This document shows, one piece after another, positions 20,787 through 30,972 of a stretch of 64,000 bases of DNA. Every line of letters begins with the position of its first letter. Within the stretch, counting starts at the first letter, position 1. The position numbers were made by a program, and so were the translations under genes. This DNA is from an uncultured delta proteobacterium (GTDB lineage Bacteria > Desulfobacterota > Syntrophorhabdia > Syntrophorhabdales > WCHB1-27). Location of the stretch: NCBI GenBank assembly GCA_963810935.1, contig CAWEPK010000010.1:288001-352000 (forward strand), in the 5' to 3' direction. Below the pieces are notes generated by a model, which saw nothing but the letters and a program-made list of their open reading frames with translations, ran no database searches and was not told the origin of the DNA.

Positions 20787-21689
20787 GTGAGTATTTTTCT
20801 GGCCATATTGACCTATTTCGGTTACGTCTTCGTAGTGACCATGTACACGGTCAAGGCCGTGAAGTACGTGAGGCGCCCGCGTCACCTGAGATGGGACCTC
20901 TACCCGGTCATGCACGAGGAGAGGTACCGTTACGGCGGCTCTTATTTCGAGGAGATCAATGGTGCGGCCGGGGCGCGCAAGAAACACCGGCTGCGCAGCA
21001 TCTTTTTCCTTTTGAAAGAATATGTGACTATGGGGGAGTACTTCAAGCGGCGAATAAGCTACTGGCTGGCCCTCTACCCCTGGCACATAGGCTTTATCCT
21101 GATAATCGGCTTCCACATCTGCACGTTCTTCGCCGCTGTCGTCATGCTCCTCGGCGTGCCCGTATCGGCAGGATCACCGGTTGCTGCGGGGCGGGTATTT
21201 TACTACGTCGTCCTCTTTACAGGCGTCGTAAGTTTCGTGAGCGGCATCATCGGAAGCATAGGGATGGTAATCAACAGGCTGACTGCCGCCGACCTGAAGG
21301 ATTACGCGACCCCTCAGAACTACTTCACCTATATCTTTTGTCTCGCCATTTTCGGGAGCGGGCTCTACGCCTGGTACTTCGACCCGACTCTCTCGGAGTA
21401 CAGGGATTTCTGGGTCGGACTGATCACGTTCAAGCCCATTATGGTCGCTCCCGCGGGAACGCTCCATATAGTCTTATTCGACCTCTTTCTGGTTTATCTC
21501 CCTTTTACGCGCTCGATGCACTATATCACCCGCATATTCGCCTTCCTCTTCATAAGGTGGGATGACGAGCCCAACCTGCGGGGAAGCCGCCTCGAATCCC
21601 AATTGATCCGCCAGATGGGACAAGGGGTGAGCTGGGCGGCGCCGCACGTACAGACGGGCGGGACATGGGTGGACCAGGTGAAGTCATGA
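20787..21689 (+). CDS. dsrM: DsrM-like NarI-type membrane cytochrome b (copy 1)
   Basis: HLRWDLYPV, multiple TM helices with His ligands (WH..H, H...H), adjacent to a DsrK-like gene. Confidence 0.8.
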   Translation: MSIFLAILTYFGYVFVVTMYTVKAVKYVRRPRHLRWDLYPVMHEERYRYGGSYFEEINGAAGARKKHRLRSIFFLLKEYVTMGEYFKRRISYWLALYPWHIGFILIIGFHICTFFAAVVMLLGVPVSAGSPVAAGRVFYYVVLFTGVVSFVSGIIGSIGMVINRLTAADLKDYATPQNYFTYIFCLAIFGSGLYAWYFDPTLSEYRDFWVGLITFKPIMVAPAGTLHIVLFDLFLVYLPFTRSMHYITRIFAFLFIRWDDEPNLRGSRLESQLIRQMGQGVSWAAPHVQTGGTWVDQVKS

Positions 21690-21705
21690 AGGTTGGAATA
21701 AGTCT

Positions 21706-23304
21706 ATGAAGAAGAGAATAACTGTCCGGGACATGTCGAGAGCGGACCGGCAGCTTGCCACGCTTGCGCCGTCCGGCTTTATGCCGCTGCCTCCCCCTTA
21801 CGACGGTCCAAACGTGATAGGCGAGCTTTCAGACGAGCAGAAGGCTCGGTACGAGGCCTCCCTCGACGGCGTCATAGCTGTAGGGGTGCGGAAACCGCAA
21901 AGCCCCGCCGAAGAAGAGGCGTTCTGCCGCGGCTTCCTCTCGGGCCTCGCGAAGCTCATGACCAAAGAAAACAACTGGACGTTCCTCCAGCCCCTGATGC
22001 ATTCGCTGGACTACTGCGTCAAGTGCCAGCTTTGCAGCGACTCATGTCCCGCGTATCTGGGTAGCGGCAAGCAGGAAATATACCGGCCGACCTTCCGGCC
22101 GGAGGTCCTCCGCCGCATCATCAACAAATATCTCAAGGAAGAGGGCGGTCTGCTCCGCAAGCTGACCGCGAGCGACATCGAACTGAACTTCACCCTTCTG
22201 GCAAGGCTTGAAGAGCTTGCCCACAGGTGCACGCTGTGCCGCCGCTGCGCGCAGGTCTGCCCGCTTGGCGTCGATAACGCGCTGATCTCGCGGGAGATCA
22301 GGAAGCTTTTCAGCCAGGAGATGGGCATCGCCGCGAAAGAGCTGCACGAGCAGGGCACCGTGCAGCAGTTGAAGGTGGGTTCGAGCACGGGCATTACGCC
22401 CAAGGCGCTGGCCAACATCATCGACTTCATGGAAGACGACATAGAGGAGAAGACGGGCAAACGCATAAAGATACCCGTAGACAAGGAAGGGGCCGACGCC
22501 CTTCTCGTGCACAACGCGGGGGAGTTTCTCGCCTGGCCGGAAAACCCGGAGGCGTTTGCGATCCTTTTCGACGCGATGGGCATCGACTATACCCTTTCCA
22601 GCGATCTGGTAGGCTACGATGCGGTCAATTACGGCATATGGTATGATGATGTGCAGGCAGCACGGGTGGCGGTGCGCCACGCGGAGGCTGCGAAGCGCCT
22701 GAAGGTGAATAAGATCTACGTCGGTGAATGCGGCCATTCGCACAAGGCGCTCCTCGTGATCGCCGACCGGATACTGACAGGCGACCTCAATATACCGAGG
22801 GAAAGCTTCCTGCCTCTCATGGAGCGGTTCGTCACGAGCGGAAAGGCAAAGTTCGACCCGTCGAGGAACGCTTTTCCCGTGACCCTCCACGACCCGTGCA
22901 ACATGGTCCGCCTTATGGGTATCGTCGAGCCGCAGAGGAAGATACTCCGGGCGATTTGCCCGGATTTCAGGGAGATGACGCCCCACGGCGTAGAGAACTA
23001 CTGCTGCGGAGGGGGCAGCGGCTTTGCGATCATGCAGTCGATGAACTTCCCAGACTGGCGCAACGCCATATCGGGAAGGATGAAGATGAAGCAGGTCATA
23101 GAGGCTTTTGCTGATAGACCCGATCCGGGCGTCAAAAAGTACGTCTGCGCCCCCTGCTCGAACTGCAAAGGCCTCTTGAGGGACCTGATCACTTATCACG
23201 GCGCGTATGAAAAGAGCGGCATATTCTACGGGGGCCTGGTAGAGCTTGTTGTCAATGCGATGGCGGACCTGAAGAAGCCGTACATCGATTGGGAATGGCA
23301 CTAA
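21706..23304 (+). CDS. dsrK: DsrK-like / HdrD-type Fe-S oxidoreductase (copy 1)
   Basis: Two CxxCxxCxxxCP motifs, GECGH, HDPC, CCGGG, CAPCSNC. Confidence 0.85.
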   Translation: MKKRITVRDMSRADRQLATLAPSGFMPLPPPYDGPNVIGELSDEQKARYEASLDGVIAVGVRKPQSPAEEEAFCRGFLSGLAKLMTKENNWTFLQPLMHSLDYCVKCQLCSDSCPAYLGSGKQEIYRPTFRPEVLRRIINKYLKEEGGLLRKLTASDIELNFTLLARLEELAHRCTLCRRCAQVCPLGVDNALISREIRKLFSQEMGIAAKELHEQGTVQQLKVGSSTGITPKALANIIDFMEDDIEEKTGKRIKIPVDKEGADALLVHNAGEFLAWPENPEAFAILFDAMGIDYTLSSDLVGYDAVNYGIWYDDVQAARVAVRHAEAAKRLKVNKIYVGECGHSHKALLVIADRILTGDLNIPRESFLPLMERFVTSGKAKFDPSRNAFPVTLHDPCNMVRLMGIVEPQRKILRAICPDFREMTPHGVENYCCGGGSGFAIMQSMNFPDWRNAISGRMKMKQVIEAFADRPDPGVKKYVCAPCSNCKGLLRDLITYHGAYEKSGIFYGGLVELVVNAMADLKKPYIDWEWH

Positions 23305-23317
23305 GGGAGGGAGTGCT

Positions 23318-23653
23318 ATGGCAGAGCAAAAGGTGTTCGTATTGGGCCGGGAAGGGATAAGCGGCGAAGACGAAACACTCGGGTTCGAGATATTAATGGC
23401 AATGGTCCGGAGCCTCTCCAGCCGCGAGGAGCTTCCGGCCGCGATCGTTTTCTGGAATACGGCGGTGCGGCTTCTGACCGACGCGTCGCCCGTGTTGGAG
23501 CAGCTCAAGGCACTGGAGGAGAAAGGCGTCGCCCTGGTCGCCGGCAAGCTTTGTCTCAGCGAACTGGAGATAACGAATCTTGCCGTAGGCAAGGCCGGAA
23601 CTATGGACGACATCCTCGACCTGTTCAATAAGTACGGGGTGGTGAGCTTGTGA
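23318..23653 (+). CDS. DsrE/YedF-like sulfur relay protein
   Basis: LG.IL..., FWNTAVRL, L..LEEKGV....KLCL, VG..GTM..I pattern of the DsrE/YedF domain. Confidence 0.75.
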   Translation: MAEQKVFVLGREGISGEDETLGFEILMAMVRSLSSREELPAAIVFWNTAVRLLTDASPVLEQLKALEEKGVALVAGKLCLSELEITNLAVGKAGTMDDILDLFNKYGVVSL

Positions 23654-23684
23654 TAAGAGGATTTACAGGGGCTTCCGGGGAGCG

Positions 23685-24665
23685 ATGACCCTCCCCCTTC
23701 TCTCGGTCCTCGGCCTTGCGGCCCTCGGCTGGGCGGGCGCGCAGCTCCCCGGCCTTACCGCTGTCGCAGTCCCTTATGCGGCCCTTCTGCTTTTCGCAGC
23801 AGGCTTCGTCTACCGTCTCGCTGCCTGGGGGACCTCCCCCGTGCCTTTTCATATCCCCACAGTCTGCGGCCAGCAGCGGTCCCTGCCCTGGATAAAGTCA
23901 TCAACGATCGACAGCCCTTCCACCCGGACGGGCGTCTTCTTTCGTATGGCCCTCGAAGTCCTGTTGTTCCGTTCCCTATGGCAGAATGACAGGATGGAGA
24001 TGAAAAGGCACGAGAAGCTGATCTACGGCTCCAACCGCTACCTCTGGCTCTTCGGCCTCATGTTTCATTGGTCGCTCCTTATAATTCTCTTCCGCCACAT
24101 GCACTTTTTCATGGAATTCCCCGGCATCAGTCGGGTCGAGTCGATAGACGGCTTTTTCCGCATCGGCCTGCCTGCCCTCTATATGAGCAACGTCTTCATC
24201 GCTGCGGCACTTATCTTCCTTTTCGCAAGACGCCTTACCCCCAGACTCCGCATGATATCCCTGCCGCAGGATTACTTCTCCCTTTTCCTTCTCATGGCAG
24301 TAATCGCTTCCGGCACGCTCATGCGCTATTGTTTCAGGGCCGACGTCGAGCGCGTCAAGGAAGTGGTGACGGCCCTCGTCTCCCTAAAGCCGATAGCCCC
24401 GGCCGGGATAGGCGCGTTCTTCTATATCCATCTTTTCCTGGTATCAATTCTCTTCGCCTGGTTTCCATTCAGCAAGCTTATGCACGCACCGGGCGTTTTT
24501 TTGAGCCCCACCCGGAACCTGAAGAATGACAGCCGCGCGAGAAGGCACGTCAACCCGTGGAACTACCCCGTAAAGGTGCACACTTACGCGGAGTATGAGG
24601 AAGAGTTCGGCAAGGCTATGGAGGAAGCAGGCCTGCCCGTGGATAAGGGGGGCACGCATGGCTGA
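23685..24665 (+). CDS. dsrM: DsrM membrane cytochrome b (copy 2)
   Basis: SPVPFHIPTVCGQQRSLPWIK, EVLLFRSL, FHWS, PFSKLMHAPGVFLSPTRN. Confidence 0.93.
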   Translation: MTLPLLSVLGLAALGWAGAQLPGLTAVAVPYAALLLFAAGFVYRLAAWGTSPVPFHIPTVCGQQRSLPWIKSSTIDSPSTRTGVFFRMALEVLLFRSLWQNDRMEMKRHEKLIYGSNRYLWLFGLMFHWSLLIILFRHMHFFMEFPGISRVESIDGFFRIGLPALYMSNVFIAAALIFLFARRLTPRLRMISLPQDYFSLFLLMAVIASGTLMRYCFRADVERVKEVVTALVSLKPIAPAGIGAFFYIHLFLVSILFAWFPFSKLMHAPGVFLSPTRNLKNDSRARRHVNPWNYPVKVHTYAEYEEEFGKAMEEAGLPVDKGGTHG

Positions 24666-26237
24666 GCCGAAACAGGAAGAGATGCTTCAAGGCATCGACT
24701 ACAAGGCATCCGGCTGGATGGCCCCATCCGCCCCTTTCCGCAAAGGGACATACTCCTACGGCGCGCCGGTCAAGCACCAGAAGTACCTGGAGCTGCCCAA
24801 CATAAGGGAGTGGCAGCCGACGGATGCGGACTGGAAGCTCCCGGAAAACTGGAAAGAGATCGTCCTCTCCGGCATGAAGAAGCTCCTTGCCCGCCACCGC
24901 TCGTTCAGGCTTTACCTGGACATCTGCGTCCGCTGCGGCGCCTGCGCGGACAAGTGCCATTACTACATCGGCTCCGGCGACCCTAAGAACATGCCCGTCA
25001 TCCGCGCGGAGCTTTTACGCTCCGTTTACCGCCGCTACTTCACGACCGGGGGCCGCCTTTTCGGCCGCCTGGCAGGCGGGCGAGAGCTTACCGAGGACGT
25101 GATCAAGGAATGGTTCTACTATTTCTACCAGTGCTCGGAGTGCCGCCGCTGCTCCGTCTTCTGTCCCTACGGCATCGATACCTGCGAGATCACGATGATG
25201 GGCAGGGAGTGCTCAACCTGGTGGGCATCAACATCCAGTGGGTGGTGGAGCCTGCCTCCAACTGTTTCAGGACGGGCAACCACTTAGGGATTCCTCCCCA
25301 TGCAATGAAGGAGACCCTCGAATTTGCCGTAGACGAGCTGGAAGGCATAACAGGCATCAAGGTGGACCTCCCCATAAATAAAAAGGGCGCGGAAATCCTT
25401 TTTGTAGCCCCTTCGGCGGACTTCTTCGCAAGCCCCCACTGGTATACGCTTTTGGGCTACCTGGCCCTCTTCCATGAGATAGGCCTCGACTACACGTGGA
25501 GCACCTATGCGTCCGAAGGGGGCAACTTCGGCCTCTTCCATTCTTCCGAGCTTGAAAAGCGCCTCAACGCAAAGATTTACGCGGAGGCTAAAAGATTGGG
25601 AGTCAAGTGGATACTCGGCGGAGAATGCGGACACATGTGGCGCGTCATCCACCAGTACATGGATACCATGAACGGCCCGGCCGACTTCCTTGAAGAACCG
25701 GTATCTCCCATAACCGGTACGAGGTTCGCGAACGCCCGCTCCACGAAGATGGTCCACATATCGGAGTTTTCCGCAGACCTCATAAAGAACGGCAAGATCA
25801 CCCTCAACCCGTCCCGGAACGACAAGTACAGCATCACGTACCACGATTCGTGCAACCCGGCCCGCGCGATGGGGCTTTTTGAGGAGCCCCGCTTTATCCT
25901 GAATAACGTCGCAAACTACTTCTACGAGATGCCGGAGAACACAATAAGGGAAAAAACTTTCTGCTGCGGCGGCGGTGCGGGTCTTGGGGCCGACGAGAAC
26001 ATGGAAATGAGGCTCAGGGGAGGACTCCCGAGGGCAAACGCGGTCAAATACGTACATGAGCGCCACGGCGTAAACATGCTCGCCTGCATGTGCGCCATCG
26101 ATAAAGCTTCGCTCCCTCCCCTCATGGAATACTGGGTGCCGGGGGTCGAGGTATGCGGCGTCCATGAACTGCTCGGGAATGCCCTCGTGATGAAGGGGGA
26201 GACGCGGACGACCGATTTGCGGGGCGAGCCGCTATGA
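24658..26237 (+). CDS. dsrK: DsrK (copy 2; one base missing near 25209 as assembled)
   Basis: CVRCGACADKC, CSECRRCSVFCPYGID, then shifted frame GECGHMWR, HDSCN, CCGGGAG. Confidence 0.93.
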
Positions 26238-26611
26238 GACCGGCCGCCGTCATCATCGCCATCTTTTTGGTTCTCCTCGCCCTGCCCTTCGTCTATAATA
26301 CGATAAGCAGGGGAGCGCCCCCTGTCCTCGTCCCGCCGCCCGGGGGCGAGAAACAGTGCGTCGAGCCGGTGGAGTACATGCGCAAGCACCACGTCGAGAT
26401 TCTGAAAGATTGGCGGGATGAGCGCGTGCGCGACGGGAAGGTTGCATACGTCTCCTCGACAGGTAGGTCCTATACGATAAGCCTCACCGGGACGTGCCTT
26501 GGCTGCCATTCCAACAAGGCGGAATTCTGCGACCGCTGCCACAACTACCTGCGGGTAGAGCCTAACTGCTTCGACTGCCATGTCGTGCCGAAGGCAAAGG
26601 GGGCCGGATGA
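26234..26611 (+). CDS. dsrJ: DsrJ triheme cytochrome c
   Basis: Three CxxCH motifs, CVE..YMR..H..L..WRD. Confidence 0.93.
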   Translation: MRPAAVIIAIFLVLLALPFVYNTISRGAPPVLVPPPGGEKQCVEPVEYMRKHHVEILKDWRDERVRDGKVAYVSSTGRSYTISLTGTCLGCHSNKAEFCDRCHNYLRVEPNCFDCHVVPKAKGAG

Positions 26612-27312
26612 ATAGAAGAGACTTCCTCCGCACCCTCGCAATTATGGGTTTTGCCATCGTCGCTCCCGCCGATATACTCAAGGCTGCGCAGCCGGGCAGA
26701 CGATGGGCGATGACGATCGACCTGTCCGCGTGCTCCGACGGGTGCACTGATTGCATCTCGGCCTGCCACACGATCCACAATGTACCCGATATCGCCGACC
26801 CCAAACGGAAGATACGGTGGATATGGACGTCGCCGTTCGAGGACCTTTTCCCGGAGGCCCCGGCCTATAAAATGCGCGGTCCCGTCCTCGCACTCTGCAA
26901 TCACTGTGAGGAGCCGCCCTGCGTGCCCGTCTGCCCGGTCAAGGCCACATTCAAGAGGGCAGACGGCATAGTCATGATGGATTACCACAGGTGCATAGGC
27001 TGCCGGTACTGTGTTGCCGCCTGCCCTTACGGGGCGCGCAGCTTCAACTGGGAGGACCCGAGGCCGTATATCCGCAAGGTCGATCCCGGATACCCCACCC
27101 GGACAAGGGGTGTGGTGGAAAAGTGCAATTTCTGTGAAGAACGGCTGGTAAAGGGGCTTATGCCCGCCTGCGTGGAAGCGTGCAGTAAGGGGCTTGCCTT
27201 CGGCGACCTGAACGACAGCGGGTCTGCCGTAAGACGCCTTCTTTCATCGAGGCACGCGATGCGGCGGAAGGCCTACCTGGGCACGAAACCAGACGTGTTT
27301 TACCTGATATGA
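26608..27312 (+). CDS. dsrO: DsrO periplasmic Fe-S protein
   Basis: Tat RRDFL, NrfC-type Cys motifs ([26 protein letters not shown]). Confidence 0.92.
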   Translation: MNRRDFLRTLAIMGFAIVAPADILKAAQPGRRWAMTIDLSACSDGCTDCISACHTIHNVPDIADPKRKIRWIWTSPFEDLFPEAPAYKMRGPVLALCNHCEEPPCVPVCPVKATFKRADGIVMMDYHRCIGCRYCVAACPYGARSFNWEDPRPYIRKVDPGYPTRTRGVVEKCNFCEERLVKGLMPACVEACSKGLAFGDLNDSGSAVRRLLSSRHAMRRKAYLGTKPDVFYLI

Positions 27313-27320
27313 GGGCAATA

Positions 27321-27485
27321 AATGACCCTGCTGCTTGCAGCAGGGTATCCAGGACAACGAGCTAAGGCGAGTCTTTGAGGGGGAGGCTCCACCGGCTTTG
27401 CCGGTGGAGGGGGCGACGCTAGCCCCAGTAATTGCCACGGAGCGAAGCGAAAAGAGGTCTCCCTGCAGCAAGCTGCAGGGAATCC
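27321..27485. mobile_element. Non-autonomous palindrome-flanked element resembling IS200/IS605 ends (PATE/REP-like)
   Basis: Hairpins ACCCTGCTGC-TT-GCAGCAGGGT (27325-27346) and TCCCTGCAGC-AA-GCTGCAGGGA (27460-27481), each followed by ATCC; no transposase. Confidence 0.55.
27374..27436. repeat. 63-bp palindromic interspersed repeat, copy 2
   Basis: 55/63 identical to 20315-20377; hairpin CTCCACCGGC-TTT-GCCGGTGGAG. Confidence 0.85.
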
Positions 27486-27507
27486 ACCAGTTGAGGAGCG
27501 GCAGGCG

Positions 27508-28660
27508 ATGATTGAAAAAGGGCTGAAAGGCGGCGGCGCTTATTGGGTGTGGCTCTCCTTTCTTTGCCGCACTCACAGTTGCGGGCTTCATCGCCTGGCT
27601 TCAGCAGTGGGCATACGGCCTCGCCGTCACCGGCATGGGCCGGACGGTCTCCTGGGGGCTTTATATAGCCAACTTTACCTTCTTCGTCGGCGTAGCGGCA
27701 TCTGCGGTGACCGTCGTCCTCCCTTACTACCTCCACAACGTAAAAGAGTTCAGGCGCATAGTCATCCTGGGCGAGTTCCTGGCCGTCTCGTCGGTCGTCA
27801 TGTCGCTCCTTTTCATTATCGCGGACCTAGGCCGTCCGGACCGCGCATTCAATATGATCGTCCACCCGACGCCCACGTCCCTGCTCTTTTGGGACATGAT
27901 CGTCCTCAATGGATACCTCATCCTGAACCTCGTGATCGGCTGGTCCACCCTGGACGCGGAAGCCAAAGGAGAGAAGCCGCTGGCATGGGTCCGCTTTTTT
28001 ATCATTTTGTCGATCCCGTGGGCGGTCAGCATCCATACGGTGACTGCCTTTATTTACCAGGGGCTCGTTGCCCGCCCGCTCTGGCACAGCGCTTTGTGGG
28101 CGCCGCGATTCCTCGCCTCGGCCTTCGCCTCCGGCCCTTCCCTGCTTATCCTTCTGGCCCTCTTCCTCAAAAAAGTGAGCCGCTTCGACGCAGGGTCGGA
28201 TGCAATCCGCAAGGCGACGACGATAGCCACGTATGCACTCCTCGTCAATATATTCCTGCTGCTGGTCGAGCTGTTTACGACGATTTACGCTGCCGTGCCC
28301 GAGGACACGGAATCGCTGAAGTACCTTTTCTTCGGCATCGACGGGCACAATGCCCTCGTCCCCTGGATGTGGGCTTCGATGGCGCTCATGGGCCTATCTG
28401 CATGCGCCCTTCTCTTCGAGAGGCTGCGGAACAACGAGGCTGTTCTCGTCTTTATCTGCCTCGCCATATTTATAGGCGTCTGGATCGATAAGGGCCTGGG
28501 GCTGGTAGTGCCGGGCTTCATCCCCTCCCCCCTGGGAGAAATCATCGAATACGGCCCCACGTTCCCTGAATGCCTCATCACGGCAGGGGTGTGGGCATTA
28601 GGAGCGCTGATCGTGACGGTGATGTACCGTGTAGTCGTGAGCGTCAGAGAAAGTGCTTAG
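27508..28660 (+). CDS. dsrP: DsrP NrfD-family membrane subunit (one extra base near 27563 as assembled)
   Basis: MIEKGLKG..YW.W, then shifted frame VSWGLYIANFTFFVGVAAS, DLGRP, SIPWAVSIHTVTAF. Confidence 0.92.
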
Positions 28661-28696
28661 TTTTCTTTTTGCTTTTAGAACAGGGAGGTAGTGGTT

Positions 28697-29497
28697 ATGA
28701 ACATTTCGAGAAGGGACCTTTTGGGAAGCATGGGAGGGCTCGTCCTGGGCCTCGGCCTGGGAGGGCTAGGCACGGGCATCACAAACGGCATAGCAGCCGA
28801 GGCGCAGCCGCAGGCCGCCGAGCTGCCGTGGCCCTATAAGAAGCTCGACCCCGACTCTGCTGCGGAGAGGGCCTACGAGGGATACTACAAGGGCGCCTGC
28901 TGCTTCGGCGGCTTCGACGGCATCGTGGGTGAGCTGCGCAAGGAGGTGGGCGCGCCGTACACGACCTTTCCTTCGTCCTTGATGGCCTTCGGCGAAGGCG
29001 GCGTGGCCGGCATGTCAACCCTCTGCGGGGCGCTGAACGGGGCGGCCATGGCCATATTCCTGACCGCGGGCGGCATGGACAAGGAGAAGAAGGACAGGGC
29101 CTTCAAGCTCATAAGAGAGCTGTACACGTGGTACGAGCAGGAGCCCCTGCCCGACTACAAGCCGAAGAACCCGAAGTTCCAGATCGTCGCTTCAGTCTCC
29201 CGCTCGCCTCTGTGTCACGTCTCGGTCACGAACTGGTGCAAGGTGTCGAAGTTCAAGTCCTTCTCTAAGGAGCGCGCGGAGCGTTGCGCCTGGATATCGG
29301 CTTCCGTCGCCCACCGTGCGGTCCTGCTGCTCAATGATAACCTGGCAGGCTCGTTCAAGACCGCCCACGGCTTGACCGCCCAGACGCAGACTTGCCGTAG
29401 CTGCCATGACCAGGGAGGAATGCTGGAAAACTCGCGGGGAATGATGGATTGCGGAGGATGCCACTTTACTCCCAAAACGAAGCATCCTAAGATATAG
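28697..29497 (+). CDS. Tat-exported split-Soret-type cytochrome c (C-GCAxxG-C-C family)
   Basis: SRRDLL Tat motif, LPWPYKKLD, LCGALNG, SPLCH..V..WC, ERC, two C-terminal CxxCH. Confidence 0.85.
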   Translation: MNISRRDLLGSMGGLVLGLGLGGLGTGITNGIAAEAQPQAAELPWPYKKLDPDSAAERAYEGYYKGACCFGGFDGIVGELRKEVGAPYTTFPSSLMAFGEGGVAGMSTLCGALNGAAMAIFLTAGGMDKEKKDRAFKLIRELYTWYEQEPLPDYKPKNPKFQIVASVSRSPLCHVSVTNWCKVSKFKSFSKERAERCAWISASVAHRAVLLLNDNLAGSFKTAHGLTAQTQTCRSCHDQGGMLENSRGMMDCGGCHFTPKTKHPKI

Positions 29498-29559
29498 TAA
29501 CCCTTTGAAGCGGGGCGAGTCGTCAGGCACGCCCCAATCCTGTTCGTAGGAGAGGTGTT

Positions 29560-30972
29560 ATGGCGGATAATAAGAAACCCGTAGCGCAGCAGGGAGCAAA
29601 GCCAGGCGCCGGCGAGGCGCAGCCTCCTTCCATGGGATGGAAGGAGCTTTACTTAAAGGAAGACTGGTGGGCGATCTACCTTGGGCTCGGCATTGTGGTG
29701 GTTGCGCTCATCGCTTTCCTGAGCGGCAGTACTGTCGTTAAGGCGCTGTCCGTCAACCCGGGCGGTCTGAAATGGTCGTCCCTCGACCAGCTCGGAACCC
29801 ATTTCAGCAATAACATCCAACTTTACGTCCTGCAATTGATCTGCTGGCTCATCATCCTTGGAATACCGGCGAGAATAATGGGCATAAAGGGGTCCAGCTT
29901 TGTCCCGTCCTTCATAATCCTCTATATACTCTCGGTCATCATGTTCGCCATCGGCGGATGGGTGGACGCTGGCAAATACAACATGGAGCCGCCCCTCCTC
30001 GCGCTGATTCTCGGCCTTCTGATAGCCAATATTGTACCCCTTCCACAGTGGATCAATGCGGGCTTCCGGGTCGAGTATTACGTGAAGACAGGCATCGTCC
30101 TTTTGGGAGCGACGTTCCCTCTCACGCTCGTCTTCTCCGCCGGGCCGGTGGCCCTCTTTCAGGCGACGGTCATTTCTCTTATCACCTGCCTGGTGATATA
30201 CTTCGCCGCCACTAAGCTGCTGGGCCTTGATAAAAAACTTGGCGCGCTCCTCGGCGTCGGCGGCGCGGTCTGCGGTGTCTCCGCATCCATCGCAATCGCG
30301 GCGTCGGTAAGGGCAAAGAAGGAACACCTATACATGACGGTGACCCTCGTCGTTATCTGGGCGCTCGTCATGGTTTTCTTCATCCCCTTTATGTCCAAGG
30401 TCTTCAACCTTAACGCCGGACAGGCGGGCGCATGGGTGGGGACCTCGGAGTTCGCCGACGCGGCAGGCTTCGCGGCAGCATCCGCTTATGGCCGGATGTC
30501 GGGCAATGAGAACGCAGCCCTCCAGGCGTTTACCCTTATGAAAGTTATCGGCAGGGACATCTGGATAGGTATCTGGTCCTTTATCTTCGCCCTGATAGCC
30601 TGCCTCAAGTGGGAGAAAGAAGAATGCGGCGTAAGGCCGAGCGCAATGGAGATATGGTGGAGGTTCCCCAAGTTTGTCATCGGTTTCTTCGTTGCCTCCT
30701 TAATAATGACGGCGGTGACTGCCGGGTACGCGGCACCCGTGTTCAATAAGGTCGTCAAACCTGGGTTGATCGGACCTATCGCGTCACTGAGAGGCTGGAC
30801 CTTCATATTCTGCTTTATGAGCATAGGACTGACGACCAGGTTCAGGGAGCTGAAGGGAGCCGGTGTGAAGCCCTTCGGTGCGTTCACCCTAGGCGTGATC
30901 ATCAACGTGGTGCTAGGCTTCCTTCTCTCGGTATACGTTTTCGGCGATTATTGGACGAAGCTCGTTAAGTGA
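29560..30972 (+). CDS. YeiH-family (putative sulfate exporter) membrane transporter
   Basis: EDWWA, KTGIVLLGA, VCGVSASIA, KVIGRDIWIG, RFPKFV. Confidence 0.85.
   Translation: MADNKKPVAQQGAKPGAGEAQPPSMGWKELYLKEDWWAIYLGLGIVVVALIAFLSGSTVVKALSVNPGGLKWSSLDQLGTHFSNNIQLYVLQLICWLIILGIPARIMGIKGSSFVPSFIILYILSVIMFAIGGWVDAGKYNMEPPLLALILGLLIANIVPLPQWINAGFRVEYYVKTGIVLLGATFPLTLVFSAGPVALFQATVISLITCLVIYFAATKLLGLDKKLGALLGVGGAVCGVSASIAIAASVRAKKEHLYMTVTLVVIWALVMVFFIPFMSKVFNLNAGQAGAWVGTSEFADAAGFAAASAYGRMSGNENAALQAFTLMKVIGRDIWIGIWSFIFALIACLKWEKEECGVRPSAMEIWWRFPKFVIGFFVASLIMTAVTAGYAAPVFNKVVKPGLIGPIASLRGWTFIFCFMSIGLTTRFRELKGAGVKPFGAFTLGVIINVVLGFLLSVYVFGDYWTKLVK

Noticed and set aside
22042..23628. Long antisense ORFs (also 2967-4181, 30976-32424, 57272-58231)
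   Set aside because: They lie opposite well-supported genes and lack motifs, as expected for GC-rich shadow frames.
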